Assembly: GCA_951406725.2 (NCBI GenBank)
Contig: OX597819.1
Span: 20,584,001 to 20,648,000 of the forward strand
Reading direction: 5' to 3'
From: Octopus vulgaris
Lineage: Eukaryota
Length of the DNA: 64,000 bases
In this document: one piece after another, positions 41,726 to 56,346 of the stretch
Layout: every line of letters begins with the position of its first letter
Position numbering within the stretch: position 1 is the stretch's first letter
Notes under the pieces: generated by a model
Seen by the model: the letters and a program-made list of their open reading frames with translations, nothing else
Told to the model about the DNA's origin: nothing
Database searches by the model: none
Translations under genes and position numbers: made by a program

Positions 41726-43021
41726 ACCCTTGATAAATATTAATGACACGATCAATTAACCTTTTGTCTGCTGTTTTCACCGGTTTAGTGGTTCTGTGAC
41801 GATTAGTGTAGATCATGGCCGCTTCTGTCATCATCTTCTCAGCAAATACACTGAAAGGAAGGATGGTCCAATTTAAAATCTGTTATATATTCTAGTAAAA
41901 TTCCTAGAAATTTATGAGTACTTGCGACAAGTAGAATGAGTCCCACCTCAGTCTTTTCAATATGTTCCCTAATGTCATCTCTCTTGCTTCTGTCGTTAAG
42001 AGAAAAGAAACTAGGTTGTTATTCTTGGCCAAAGGTATGGATGCGAGGTCCACGGAATATATCTGAGCGTTAGCCGTAGCCGTCCTACGCTCAGATACAG
42101 CCGTTTAGTAAAATAAATTTTACATGTCAGCAATACTTGGAAAACAAAAAGTCACTATAAAGAATACTTACCCGGCTAAATACATTTTCGTCTGATGAAA
42201 AATTAAATACCTTTAGAATTCCTCGGAAACTGAAAATGTCTATGAAAATTACTCAGTATTTTATCCAAAATTACGAAACCTTCGGAAACCGAAGTTTTTT
42301 CACAACGCTGGTCAACAGTATAAATCTTATAAATAAATCGTCTGTGTTTATGTCACTGAATTTATTGATTTACTTCGTTACAAATAATTTATGCAATTAT
42401 TTAAAGTCTATATTTATCCCTCTCTGTGAATATTCATGAGGCAAAAGAACAATACTGTACAACGCATTCGCTAGACGGCAGTTATGCAACTTTGGCAGAC
42501 GTTTCATACGTCGAAGTATTTTCTTCATATGTGTACGATGTCAGTATAAACGTCTACGCACTGTACTTAGCAAGGCCTATCTAAACATTAAAATGGTATC
42601 TTTATGGAGTCAAAACAGTAAATTAATCTATGATTTAGATTTATATAAAGCAGGATTTTGTTTTCAAAATTGGTGGCAGCAACTTTAGCTATTCCTTGGA
42701 ACTACCATTTATAATAGAGTATGTAACCTATCGATACTCAATTATTATATCCGAAATTAGAAAATTTCCGAATTCTGAATGATACTTCGTCGCAATGTTT
42801 CCGGATAAGAGATTGCCTCCTCCTGTCAACACTACCATGTCCGGAAAGGCATAACTTATTTGTAGTTGACAGGATTAATCGGAAGAAAATGCAAGGCTGA
42901 TCGACTTCAATGTGTACAATGACAGCACAACAAAGCAACCGGTGACCTGCGTATTATCCAGGGTTGGCTTTCCCTAATGAGGGAAAATAGGAATGAGTAA
43001 AATTCTAAATTCTTTAATAAC

Positions 43022-43416
43022 AGGCGCAGGAGTAGCTGTGTGGTAAGTAGCTTGTTTACCAACCACATGGTTCCGGGTTCAGTCCCACAGCGTGGCACCT
43101 TGGGCAAGTGTCTTCTACTATAGCCTCGGGCCGACCAAAGCCTTGTGAGTGGATTTGGTAGACGGAAACTGAAAGAAGCCCATCGTATATATGTATATAT
43201 ATATGCGTGGTTGTGTGTCTGTGTTTGTCCCCCTAGCATTGCTTGACAACCGATGCTGGTGTGTTTATGTCCCCGTTACTTAGCGGTTCGGCAAAAGAGA
43301 CCGATAGAATAAGTACTGGGCTTACAAAAGAATAAGTCCCGGGGTCGAGTCGCTCGATTAAAGGCGGTGCTCCAGCATGGTCGCAGTCAAATGACTGAAA
43401 CAAGTAAAAGAAAAAA
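43022..43416 (+). mobile_element. Well-preserved full-length CORE-type tRNA SINE (family 1)
   Basis: A box TAGCTGTGTGG, B box GGTTCAGTCCC, CORE-like ACCTTGGGCAAGTGTCTT, short internal TA/TG run, tail GGCGGTGCTCCAGCATGG..ATGACTGAAACAAGTAAAAG. Confidence 0.92.
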
Positions 43417-43744
43417 TGCTCATCATTGTATGAGTCAAAACAGAAGGTGAAACTCTGACTTACAAACAAAAACAAGCGCAAACATAGACTACTACATCCT
43501 TAAAGGAATCATATTGGAGGTGGAGTAATTTGATGCACCAGTCTTGTTTTGTGTTCTGTGTTCTGTATTCTATGAACAATACATCAGATAAATATGCCTC
43601 TTGTTGGTGATATATCGGTAGAGTGTGTTCTGCTTTCATTCCACATTTTTCTTCTTAATGTTCTTCATGTTGATGCTGTTGACATACAGTTAAAATATTT
43701 TCTCCGTGTTTCTATGTTATGGATATCATTGTTTAACTCAGGTA

Positions 43745-43876
43745 TACAACGCTCCTATCCACAACTCGCTTGTCGCCAGATCAGAAGCAAAGGCATGTGG
43801 CTATAAACTCCTCCACCATCCCCTCTACTCTCCTGACCTTGCACCCTCTGATTTTCACCTCTTCCCAGCCATGAAG
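43745..43876 (+). mobile_element. Small fragment of the irritans-type mariner
   Basis: HNSLVARSEAKACGYKLLHHPLYSPDLAPSDFHLFPAMK. Confidence 0.9.
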
Positions 43877-44127
43877 CAGATCATAAAGCAAATCCACACA
43901 TATAGAAATATCAATTTGTTCAGAAGGATTGTATTTGCAATTAACTTCATACACCTATCAGACGGTTCTGGAAACACTAACTTTAGCAGATGGTTCTTCA
44001 GGAACATTTAAAGTTACATCACGTTACTTATACATTGCATTACTTAATTGTCTGGACAAATATCTACATTATTGCTTGATGTCACTCAGTCACCTCTAGA
44101 AGTATGTATGCATATATCTACAATGTC

Positions 44128-44173
44128 AAAACTGTCCGACGAACGGGAACGGGAAACTCCGAGTAACAGCTTT
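44128..44173 (+). ncRNA. Minimal type-I hammerhead ribozyme-like motif (family C)
   Basis: CTGT-CCGACGA-ACgggaacGG-GAAA-CTC-C-GA-GTA-ACAG; stem I CTGT/ACAG, GUA cleavage triplet; followed by a short tail and (TA)n. Confidence 0.65.
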
Positions 44174-44206
44174 AGTTATATTTCTGCTGCTTTTAAATGA
44201 AGTATA

Positions 44207-44248
<42 letters not shown>

Positions 44249-44358
44249 ATTTAAATATATGCATATGTGTGTGTGAGTGAGTGTCTGTGTGAATCTATTT
44301 GTGTACGTGTGTATAAATACAGATGCATATGATTGAATTGTCTATGTAAATAAACGTA

Positions 44359-45639
44359 CGAGGGGCATTTCATAAGTAATGCCCCTGACCCACTTCCTAT
44401 AGCAGTAGAGCAACGAAACTTGGCACAGTTATTAGTCTTTTTCTACATAGGAAACACTCAGAGTTACGCATTTCTCCCATCGTTTAATGCATCTCTGGAG
44501 ACCGTTTTTGTAGAAGACCCCAGCTTGGTCCTCCAGCCACGACGTGTCTTCAGAAGTCAAGGATGAATCATCTGGGAAACGCTTTCCTTTCAAAAACAAC
44601 TTCATGGCTGGGAAGAGGTGAAAATCAGAAGGTGCAAGGTCAGGAGTGTAGGGGTGGGTGGGGGAGGAGTTCATAGCCGCACGCCTGTGCTTCTGATCTG
44701 GCGACAAGCGAGTTGTGGACCGGAGCGTTGTCCTGCAGGGGGAGGATGCATTTGCTGATGTTGCCCCGCCTCTTGATTTTGATAGCTTCTCTTAATTTCC
44801 TCAAAAGTGAAGCATAATAGGCTCCTGTAATTGTGGTACCCTTTGCCAGGAAATCTGTCATCACTACTCCGTCCTGGTCCCAGAAGACTGTGAGCATGAC
44901 CTTGCCAGCGGAGGGCTGCACCCTTGCCTTCTTTAGAGGAGGTGAGTCACGGTGCTTCCACTGCATTGACTGGGCTTTGATCTCTGGATCATAGTGATGG
45001 ACCCAGGTTTCATCCTGTGTAATCAGTCTTTTGAAAAATTTTGACTCATCTTCTTGGCACATCTCCAAATTCATCCTCGACCACCCGACGCGTTCTTGTT
45101 TCTGGAAAGGTTAGAACAACCTGGGAATCCATCTGGCAGATACCTTTTGCATATGCAAATGGTCATGAATGATAGTTTCCACAGACCTGGTACTAATCTT
45201 GACCTCACGGGCTATTTGGCGAATAGTCATGCGTCGATCTTCCAAAATGGCAGCCTCAACTTGATGGACAGACGCCTCATCAATGGCAGAAAGGGGGCGA
45301 CCAGATCTGGGAGCTGTTTCCACAGAGTTCCGACCATGTTTGAATTCACGATGCCAGCGTTTGACAAGGTCATATGATGGGGCATCATCACCATTAGTTA
45401 CTTTCATTTCATCAAATTCTCCCGTGGTGTGCGTCCTTTCAAATACAAAAACCGACACTCAACAGGCTCCATTTCACACTTGACTCAGTTCAAACACCTG
45501 TATATCAGAAACCACAATTAGTTCAGAGCTGTAATTTGCCACTTAATCTATAAAGATATAAATAATTGTACGTGCAAAATCTTAGCTAGATCTAACAACT
45601 GCAAGTGCGTCAGGGGCATTACTTATTGAACGTCCCTCG
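44359..45639 (-). mobile_element. Full-length frameshifted copy of the same mariner as 26417-27710
   Basis: TA-flanked TIRs; ORF pieces 45111-45458, 44640-45074, 44432-44707 closely match the 350-aa transposase. Confidence 0.95.
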
Positions 45640-45662
45640 TATGTATAAGATATTAATTAGAA

Positions 45663-45705
<43 letters not shown>

Positions 45706-46051
45706 ACAGTTATATATACACACGCGCATACACACATGTACATACGTACATATAGAGAGGCAAATATATGGATGCATATGAAAAGTGATAATCATACAGT
45801 CTGCAAGGTAGCCACCCAGCCGCTGAGCCAGACAACCAGCCAGACTGACAGACAGACAAACAGGTAGATAGATGGATAGATAGATATATAGCTTGATAGA
45901 GAGAGAGGGGGAGAGAGAGAGACAGAAGACAGAAACAGACAGACAGATAGAACGATAGATAGAGTTACAGATAGATATATTGATAGATAGACAACTAGAT
46001 ATATTGATATATTGATATATAGATAAATAGATTGAGAGATGGTATAAGATA

Positions 46052-47172
46052 ACTTTCTTTATTAGCCACACAGGGCTGAACACAGAGGGGACAAATACAA
46101 ATGTAGAGTGTTTCTTTTCGAATATGAAAAAGAAAAAGGGGGGAAGAGGTAAAATTTCGATCAAAAAGGATCGGTGAAAAACATAACGATCAAAACGGAT
46201 CGTGTATCACAGAAGAATGTTTAAACTGTAAAAAGCAAGATTAGGTTTATCCTTGAAAAGAAAAGCCTAATGAAAAGCAAAACAAATGATAAATTCAGCC
46301 GACAGGCGGACTCGTCCGACACATGACAGCAGCCATTCGGCATCAGCCCACAGGTCCGAGATGGTTGGACACTTCATGAGTGCGTGCAGACCGGTTTCGT
46401 CGCTCTGACCGCATCTCGGGTAAGTCGATCCGGTGTGTCTCGAACCGTACCTGCAGAACTTATCCCGAACAAGTAATGCTTCACGATAGCATTGATAGGC
46501 CAGAGATCTTTGGTGGTTGTCCATAGGTCCAGGTACGAAAGTTGTCCTGAACAGGCGGGTCAGGTGTTCCTTGTCGACGCTCAGATTCTGCCCGAGAACG
46601 TCGTCGCACCTCCCCTCCACTAATCCTCTATAGAACGCCTTGGTTGTAAAGATGTCGCACAAGTTTGTTCCCGGACGGTAGAGTTGCTTGAGAGCAACGC
46701 GACACTCGCGATGCCATTCGCCTAGCCTCGGTCTCTGTTTGATCCACGACCGCATTTTGGCCAAGGAGACGAGCTGCAGGAAGGGGGCCCGCAAAAACGG
46801 CGACCATAACTGTTCTATGAAGCGCCGGAGAAGTCGCAGTCTCAGCGCACCGTCAACCACGGCATGCCTAGCCTTCCATTTAGCGGGTGTTGACAGCAAA
46901 TGGATCGCCAAACCATCGGAACGCTTCCCTTCCACAGGAAGCGGAAGAGTATGCGTTCCAGTTTGGTGATGATAGGGTCGGGACAAGGGACGACTGTTAG
47001 ACGGTAGTCGATGACGGATGCGATGTACGCGTTCGCCACCTCCGGTCGACCATGTTGGAATAGCTTCCTCTCGGCCCATTGCCACCTTAGTCGTCATTTC
47101 GCCACATTTCTTCTCCATTTGGACCCAACCAGACTCCGAGCAATTTAAGAGGTCTGTCGGTCCAACATTCCA
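46052..47172 (-). mobile_element. L1/Tx1-clade LINE, 3' portion
   Basis: ANAYIASVIDYRL..LERILFRFLWKG..ICCQHPLNGRLGMP; zinc knuckle PRCGQSDETGLHALMKCP..DLW; tail TTCAGCCCTGTGTGGCTAATAAAGAAA. Confidence 0.85.
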
Positions 47173-47192
47173 CTATAAGATAGTTAGATAGT

Positions 47193-47257
<65 letters not shown>

Positions 47258-47514
47258 TTATATGTGCTGCATATTTGTGCATGGACATGTATGGGGGAAA
47301 TATATGTCTGTATTTGAAAGTGTATGACAAAATAAGAGTGATAACAGCCAATATACCAGAGTGGTATATTGACCACACAGTCGTGTATACAGAGCAGAAA
47401 TAAAAAGGAAAGAAAAAAAGAGAAAACAAAACAAATTTCCCATTAAAGATGTAGTTAATAGAAATGAATACCGTCTCACACAGATCTACGTGAAAGAAAA
47501 TGCGTGTGTATGTG

Positions 47515-48080
<566 letters not shown>

Positions 48081-49150
48081 AGCGTGTTTGTGTATGTACA
48101 TATCCGCATACACACACACACACACGCACACACACACTCGCGTGCACATGCACGGATTTACTAATATAGATTTTATATTTTCCCACTTATTTGTATGTAA
48201 ATGTTTTCGAGATATTTCCATTTAAAATTCAAGCCATCATAATTTTATTATTGCATCTGACACTGCACAGGTTTCTTATGTGTTTGACCCTCAGGTGATT
48301 CGGATCAATACCGCGGTTAATTTTACATTATTAACCAATCAAATACAGTTTTTGCTTATAACGTTAAAAAAGAAAAAAATTATCGAAAAATAACGAAATA
48401 GACTACAAGAAAAAAAAAATGATAAAAATACGATGAAAACAAACGCAAAATCCTTCAGAGATAGTAAGGCAATGTTTAATACGAATGCTTGCAAGAGCCA
48501 GTCTAGTTTATGTCTTCAGGCATATAACAGAGTAATGTTTGAAATCCTCCAGTCAAGGGTAATGAAGGAACCAATTCTATTGCTTCTTCTACGTCTGCGA
48601 GCGACACTTGTGTATAATCCATTCGATGGAAACCTATTGGTTCTCTTTTAATTTTACGATATTGACTATGTTGAGTGGCTTTTCTTGCCGCTGGCTATCT
48701 TCTATTGATACGAAACTGTATTCTCCAACCGGATGTTTCGTCAGCGGAACTCACTGATTACATGGTGAGAGAATACACTTCCGAAACCTCGTTTCCTGTG
48801 AGGGACACCTAGAAATAATCTGGGAAAAATATTCAATACTTCTGAAAGAATCACGAAACTATCATTCATATGTATCTGAAGTGTTCCTAACTGTATAACT
48901 TCGTATGTATATACATATGTGTGTGTGTGTGTGTGTGTGTTTGTGCATGTGTCTTCAGAGTTTTATGTATATAGATAAATATAGGTATTTAGACTTCCAA
49001 ACAGATATATTCCTTTGGACAAATATATACATGTATACAAAAATACGTGCGCGACCATACGCACGCGGGAACACACACACTTACACACAAACACACACAT
49101 ACACACACAAACTGGCGCACGCAAACGCCCAACCAAACACAAACAAACAT

Positions 49151-49206
<56 letters not shown>

Positions 49207-49908
49207 GTGTGTGTGTGTGTGTGTAAATGTATATCTGTACGTATATGGCAATAAAAATACATGCATTCATGTATGTGGCGTGTGGTGCATCTGTAAATGT
49301 GTGTTAGTCTTTGCGAAGATGAGGAAGAAATGGTGTATATAAAGTATATTTTTGTAAGTGGGATTGTGATGCGTTACATCTCGGACGTCAGTGAATATCC
49401 TTGATTACGTAATTGATTTCAGATATCTCAGATATATATATATATATATATAAAGAGAGGGGGAGTGTGGGAGAGAGAAGGTGAGATACATACGGTCTCA
49501 GGAACACATGTATATATGTATGTATACGTATGTGGGTGCATTTCTGAGACTGTATGTCTCTCTCACTCCCTCTCTCTCTCTATTCATAGATAGATAGACA
49601 CTAAATATCTTTATTAAAGTATGTCATATCACATCCTCCATGCATTCATTTATTTGTTGTGTATGTACACACATACATAAACGCACCCGCACGCACACAC
49701 ACACATATAAACGCACGCGCACACACATATACGTGCATGCATTTACATATATTTGTATATGTATACATATAAATTTATTTGAGTATATATATACATATGT
49801 ATACATATATATGTGTATACTTTGTCATATATGTGTTATGAAATATGCTATACACTCATATATATATATATATGTATACATGTATATATATGGATACATA
49901 TATGTATG

Positions 49909-49942
<34 letters not shown>

Positions 49943-50253
49943 TAGACTTATATGTGTGCATATCTCTCTACTTGTATGCAACACCATGTGCAAGAAGAGT
50001 CCTTGAATGGCAAATAATAAAGGTGAGTGAAAAACGTATACGTATGTATATGTGCGTATCTAAATATATACCTATACATGTATGTATACATGTGAATATA
50101 TATTTATGCATATATAAATATATGTGCGTGTATACATATATATGTATGTATGCATATATAGATATATATGTATATATATATATATATTTCGATATATAGA
50201 GAGAGAAATACACATATCAGCATATATATATATATATATATGCTTATATACAA

Positions 50254-50322
<69 letters not shown>

Positions 50323-51435
50323 TACGCATAACTATATGCACAAATAAATATTTCTACCCATACATCTATATACATATATATGGATTGACATACAAGTTGA
50401 ATTTGCCAACAGCGGAAGAAAATCGAGTGAATACACTTCATTCTCTTTCTCCATCTCTCTCCTTTTCTCTGATTCCTTTCCTTTTCCTTTTCTTACACCC
50501 CCCCCCATCCGCGTCTCTATCCAGGTGTTTCTCTGCGTTTCTTTGTCCGTCTTCCTAACTGTATGTATTCATTTATGGAAATGTCTTCGCTTATTCCATT
50601 ATATGTCATACAGTATTTAATTTGTTTTCTTTCCCCTATGAATCTATCTTCAAACTAGTTTTTCCTTACAAACACCGTCTCCCATACAAGTAAATGCATA
50701 CATACACCAATGCTCTATGTTTACACACGTTTCAAATTTTTCTCTTATTTTTTTAGCCTTGTCTGTCTATTATTTACGTATATGTCAAACTGTCCTTACT
50801 CTTATATCTCTATATTCAATTCATATTAAAATTAGCGGACGCTCTCCAGATAGAAGCATTCAATATTGCAGATTATAAAAAGAGCCCGTGGGGAAGTGGT
50901 TTGAAAAGGAGGAGGATAAATAACAGCTTTTGGAATGAATAAGATTTTCAACTCAACAGCAGCCTCTTGCACGCATCCGATCTATAGATTCTCGGGCTTC
51001 GTGTGTGGCTGTTACATGTGGATTTTCTATGTGCAGGCTGCTTTTCTCTGGGCTACATTATTTCATGTAGGTGTTTTGAAAATGCCGCGCAAAACTTCGT
51101 AAAATTCATTGAGCGTCACTGATTACTGTTGTCTGTAAAATCTTATAACATGCCGACCGGTTTTACATCCTCCTTGCCTCCTTCCTTATATCACTGGCGC
51201 TAATAAGCATGGCCGCATGTTCCATATGCCATTTCCTCAAATACCACGCCTTCTTTAATTCAACCATCATCAATTCAGTGGTTGAGGTCAATGAATCGAC
51301 ATCGTCCTTCAAATATGAATGAAAACATGAAACGGATGTCTGATACAGTATGAAGATCATTGCTGCAGACGAATTCCTTTCTACAATTTGAAGCTATTGG
51401 TTTTGCGCAGCCACTTCACGCAAAAGTTGAGCCTC

Positions 51436-51860
51436 TGTTGGCTAGTTGTAAGAAGCTTGCTTACCAACCACATGGATCCGGGCTCAGTTCCACTGCCTGG
51501 CACCTTGGGCAATTCTCTTCTACTATAGCCAGGGGCCAAGCAAAGACTTGTACGTGGATTTGGTAGACAAAATCCGGAAGAAGCCCGTCCTATACACATT
51601 CACACACATATACGTATGTATATCTTTGTGTGAGTGTGCGTGTCTGTGTTTGTACCCCCACCATCGGTTGAATGCCAATGCTGGTTCTTTATATCCCCGT
51701 AATTTAGCGGTTCGACAAAAAAGGCCGATAGAATAACCACTAGGCTTACACAGAATAAATTCTGGGTAGCTTTCTGCGACTAACACTCTTTAAGGTTGGG
51801 CTCAAGCAAGATCGCAGTGAAATGACTGACACAATTGAAAGCATAAAAGAACATATAAAG
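51436..51860 (+). mobile_element. CORE-type SINE (family 1)
   Basis: Colinear with 43022-43416. Confidence 0.85.
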
Positions 51861-51885
51861 AATATACACACACACATATCTATGT

Positions 51886-51948
<63 letters not shown>

Positions 51949-52054
51949 AAACATTTAAATAATGAGGGAGATAAATTTAATATTAATTTAATTAATATCA
52001 ATTTAAAACCAGTAACTTAGCATACAAAAATCTGAAAAATCAGAGTAAGTGCTA

Positions 52055-52109
<55 letters not shown>

Positions 52110-52584
52110 CCTGTATACATACATACATATATAGATATGGATACATACATATATACATATGTGTGTGTGTGTGTACCTATATATGACAATATTCCATTCC
52201 TTCAGCATTCGCTACCTTCCCTCGTTTGGCCAAACGGTGCTCCATGCTTCATTTCATTTGGTTTGTTGCACGTCTCCACTATCCCGTTTTTGTTGCCCAC
52301 TTTAACCCTCCGCAAATCCCAAATTTTATTTTGGTTCGTGGGAGTAAGTAGCTTTTCGAAGACTCATATTTTCGTTAATTGCTCGAAATGAGCAGTAGCT
52401 GGACAGCTGACAACCGATGAAGGATCGTTTTTTTATGTTACTTGTCTTGTTTTCCATTTGCTTTTCTCGTTGTTCACATACCAAACTTTGTCTTCGTATT
52501 TCATATTCTATACATTTTGTGACGTCCTGCACCCATATATGCATATACATATACATACGTATATACATATATGCATGTATACAT

Positions 52585-52632
<48 letters not shown>

Positions 52633-52697
52633 CTGTGTCTGTGTATATTATTGACATCATTATATTATTGAACGCCACACATTCATTTCCAAGTAAG

Positions 52698-52756
<59 letters not shown>

Positions 52757-52779
52757 ATGTAACCACATGTGAATCGTTG

Positions 52780-52955
52780 GCGATTATCTTCCTCCGCCTC
52801 TGTTGGACTTTCCTCTGTTTCTTAAGAAGAGCTCTGCGCGAAACATTAAAACATCTTCCTCTCATTCCCTGAGCGTCTGCTAATACTTTACTGGTACCAC
52901 GTCCTTGTGTTGTTGTTTTTTGTGTTTGTTCTTCGTTTTTTTCTTTCGGTGGGGG
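52780..52955 (+). mobile_element. Penelope-type terminal fragment with degenerate hammerhead (family D-like)
   Basis: TGTTTct-TAAGAAGA-GCtctgcGC-GAAA-CATT-AAAACA then CCCTGAGCGTCTGCTAATA, similar to the reverse complement of 55175-55385. Confidence 0.55.
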
Positions 52956-53384
52956 CTATATATATATATACATATACGCACATACAGTCGCACACACATA
53001 TATACACACACAAACACACCTACAATATTCTACGCATGTACAAACAGCAGGCTCTCAGACAGTAAAATGCGTCCACCGTAATGGACTACGAGAGGAATCA
53101 CTGGAAGTGTTGCCAAATGCAATGACAAGGCTTCGGCGAAGAAGACAAAAAGGAGAACATATGAGTGTCTGCTTAACCAACAAATGAAGCAAACCATCGA
53201 TTACTCTGTGGGGTAGATGTTCATCCGAATGACTAAGTTAAAAAGGAGTGGATTTGAACCCGTGCGTGTGTCCTATTAATATTGATGTAGTGAGTCTCCC
53301 AGACACAACACACACATCGTTTCAACATATGAATTCCCATTAATTATCTTGCAAACCAAATAAAAATTTGTTGTCTGTGTGTGT

Positions 53385-53605
53385 AAGGCAGAAACGTTAG
53401 CGCGCCGGGCGAAATGCTTAGCGGTATTTCGTCTGTCGTTATGTTCTGAGTTCAAATTCCGCCGAGGTCGACTTTGCTTTTCATGCTCTCGGGGTCGATA
53501 AATAAAGTATCAGTTTCGCACTGGGTCTATGTAATCGACTTAATCCGTTTGTCTGTCCTTGTTTGTATTCCCTATGTTTAGCCCCTTGTGGGTAGTAAAG
53601 AAATA
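53385..53605 (+). mobile_element. MetaSINE-type SINE with Tx1-like tail
   Basis: GAGTTCAAATTCCGCCGAGGTCGACTTTGC..TCAT..TCGGGGTCGATAAA; tail TTTAGCCCCTTGTGGGTAGTAAAGAAA. Confidence 0.88.
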
Positions 53606-53695
53606 TATATATATATATATATTTAGATAGATAGATAGACAGATATATAGATATTCATACATAGATAGATAGATAGATAGATAGATATTCATACA

Positions 53696-53736
<41 letters not shown>

Positions 53737-54024
53737 CACCGTGTTCACCGTGACCGACCAGGCTATCAGATGTTGCTACACATCGCTGGTCACAATGCGC
53801 TTCGCATTCCTTCAAATGACGCCACCCCGCTGGCTAAGCAAGCAGGCCAACAGAAGAAAGAGTGAGAGTAAGTTGTGGCGGAAGAGTACAGCAGGGATCG
53901 CCACCGCCCCCTGCCAGAGCCTCGTGGTGCTTTAGGTGTTTTCGCTCAATAAACAGTCACAACGCCCGGTCTGGGAGTCGAAACCGCGATTCCGCTTCCC
54001 TAAGCATTGGGCCATTGCGCCTCT
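53737..54024 (-). mobile_element. SINE family 2
   Basis: Reverse complement AGAGGCGCAATGGCCCAATGCTTAGGG...GTTTCGACTCCC; body matches 34657. Confidence 0.85.
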
Positions 54025-54032
54025 ACGTGTAA

Positions 54033-54071
<39 letters not shown>

Positions 54072-54324
54072 CGTTTACACTGATTAGTTAGGAGAATGTG
54101 AGTCTCCCTCTGACAAGACACGAAACCCGTCAATAAGGTTTGCCTCTCAGATTTTGAGTTAGCAATTACACTGCCTGACGCCTATCATTAGCTTCCTTCA
54201 TGTTAGATTTCAGAAGATTCGTTTCTATCTTCAACTGTAGTATTCTATATTATTTGCAACAGTTAATTTTTAGTTACCTAGCTAACAGGATTGCCTACCA
54301 CACACACACACACACGCACGCATG

Positions 54325-54387
<63 letters not shown>

Positions 54388-55117
54388 CATATATTATATA
54401 ATCAATTGGCCAAGATTAGTTTCGTTTCTAACCAGAATATATTCACAGTAAATTGGAGGTGAAGAAATAGGGCCTTGGCATTATTGTTTTCTCTTTCTAA
54501 TAATTGCACGCTGAACTTACTCAATTTGCAGTTGTTATTTTAGGCGTTCGTGCCGAAGAATATAATTTTTCGCGTATAATTCCATTGATTATACTGAAGG
54601 CATGAGTAAATTATTGAATTATCGAATTCTTAGCACTTAACAAGTTGGTCGAGAAACACAGTAGAACATTGAGAAATGCTTTACACTACATAATTGTTAC
54701 GTTCGAATACATTAGAAAGCGCAAATCGTTTTGGCGTGAAATTTCCTTCTCGTCCTTTCGTATCTGATAAAATAAGTACCAGTTACACACGGAGCATGAT
54801 TACATTGACATGTTATACAAGCAAAATCCATAAAACTACGAATTATTATTAGTAGAGAGGAGCAAGGGTTTTGCCTTCATTATACCAAATTTTGTGGCAC
54901 CAGTCACTCGTTTGTACTTGTTTGTGCGCTCGTTGTTGTTGGTTTGCTATCATACAAATCATGGTAGCTGATTCCCCTTCCAACCATCATCAGGTGCTAT
55001 GTTAACCATGTACATGTGTATACATATATATGTGTGTGTGTATATATATATGTGTGTGCGTATATATATATACATGTAGTTACATGTATGTATATGTATA
55101 TATATGTATATATATAT

Positions 55118-55174
<57 letters not shown>

Positions 55175-55177
<3 letters not shown>

Positions 55178-55385
55178 GGAAAGTTTACGAAAATAAACAA
55201 AAGACGAAGGCAGGTGGAGTACAAACAAACAAATTATTAGTATGGCGCTCAGGAATAGAAATAGAAAAAGTCTTTTACGTTTCGAGCCTACGCTCTTCGA
55301 CAGAAAGATACACAGAAAAATACAAGGAGAGAAACAAGGAGAGAAAAAAATGCGTGTAGGAACTAACGATCTATCATTGCGTCTA
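55175..55385 (-). mobile_element. Penelope-type terminal fragment with hammerhead-like motif (family D)
   Basis: Reverse complement of 55270-55305: TCGAAGA-GCGTAGGCTC-GAAA-CG-TA, palindromic ACGT stem III; between microsatellites. Confidence 0.65.
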
Positions 55386-55390
55386 ACTAT

Positions 55391-55423
<33 letters not shown>

Positions 55424-55438
55424 CAGAGAAAGAGAGAC

Positions 55439-55495
<57 letters not shown>

Positions 55496-56346
55496 AATGT
55501 ATGCACATGTGTGTGTGTTTGTGTGTGTGTATGTATGTCAATGCTTTTACATCGCTGTGATGTTATCTACCAAATAGTCATCCATGCAGGCTTCATGTGT
55601 TATGATCCATTGTATATATATCAATGAGAAATGTTCTCCCTCTTATTTGAACCAAATTCATGCTGTTCAATATTAAATAAAAGAAAACCGTTGTAACGAA
55701 GTAACAATATATTTACTTTGGAAATCTCGCGAAATTGTTCGCCGTATGGCTTTTCCACATGTGTTTTCTCAAAGACATTCCATCTGAGCTTAATGTGATC
55801 AGCATTAATAATAACAGCAACAACAAATACACTGACCTACATGCTAATGCTTAACATCTGAAGCGAAGTCTTAATTTATGTTCAGAAATATTGCTTTGAA
55901 CTTCGTTCCAGAGAATCCTATTTTGTTTTTCACCATGAGCCATACGAACTATCATCTGTTCTCTTATATGATATATAAGTTACATAATAATAATAACAAC
56001 TGCATCAGAGTACACTTGTGATGAATTGCCTCAAATATGTTGCATGTTCGCAAACTTATTTTGTAACGGTTTAATCACAGAACGAAAGGAATATTTAGAA
56101 GAAATTTGAGGAACATTTGAAGTAGAAAAAAGAAGACAACTTCGGCTTGGAGATATGGATAGAATTTTTGTAACAAGGGGGAGTCCAGGAAAGAAATCCT
56201 AAATGGCAGATGGTATGATTTAATGGGATGAAAAATTAAGTTAACACTCAGAATCAGAAATGTTGACGTTGTAAAACTCCTTTTTAAGCTTCAAGAGAGT
56301 TTGGCGTTGTGTATCAAACTAAGAAGGTGGAAAGATTGTCTGAGAC

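Noticed and set aside
51163-51360. Possible minus-strand exon (DDVDSLTSTTELMMVELKKAW...)
   Set aside because: Weak splice signals and no recognisable protein similarity
54105-54135. CTGACAAGACACGAAACCCGTC hammerhead-like string
   Set aside because: G8 missing and helices minimal; could be chance
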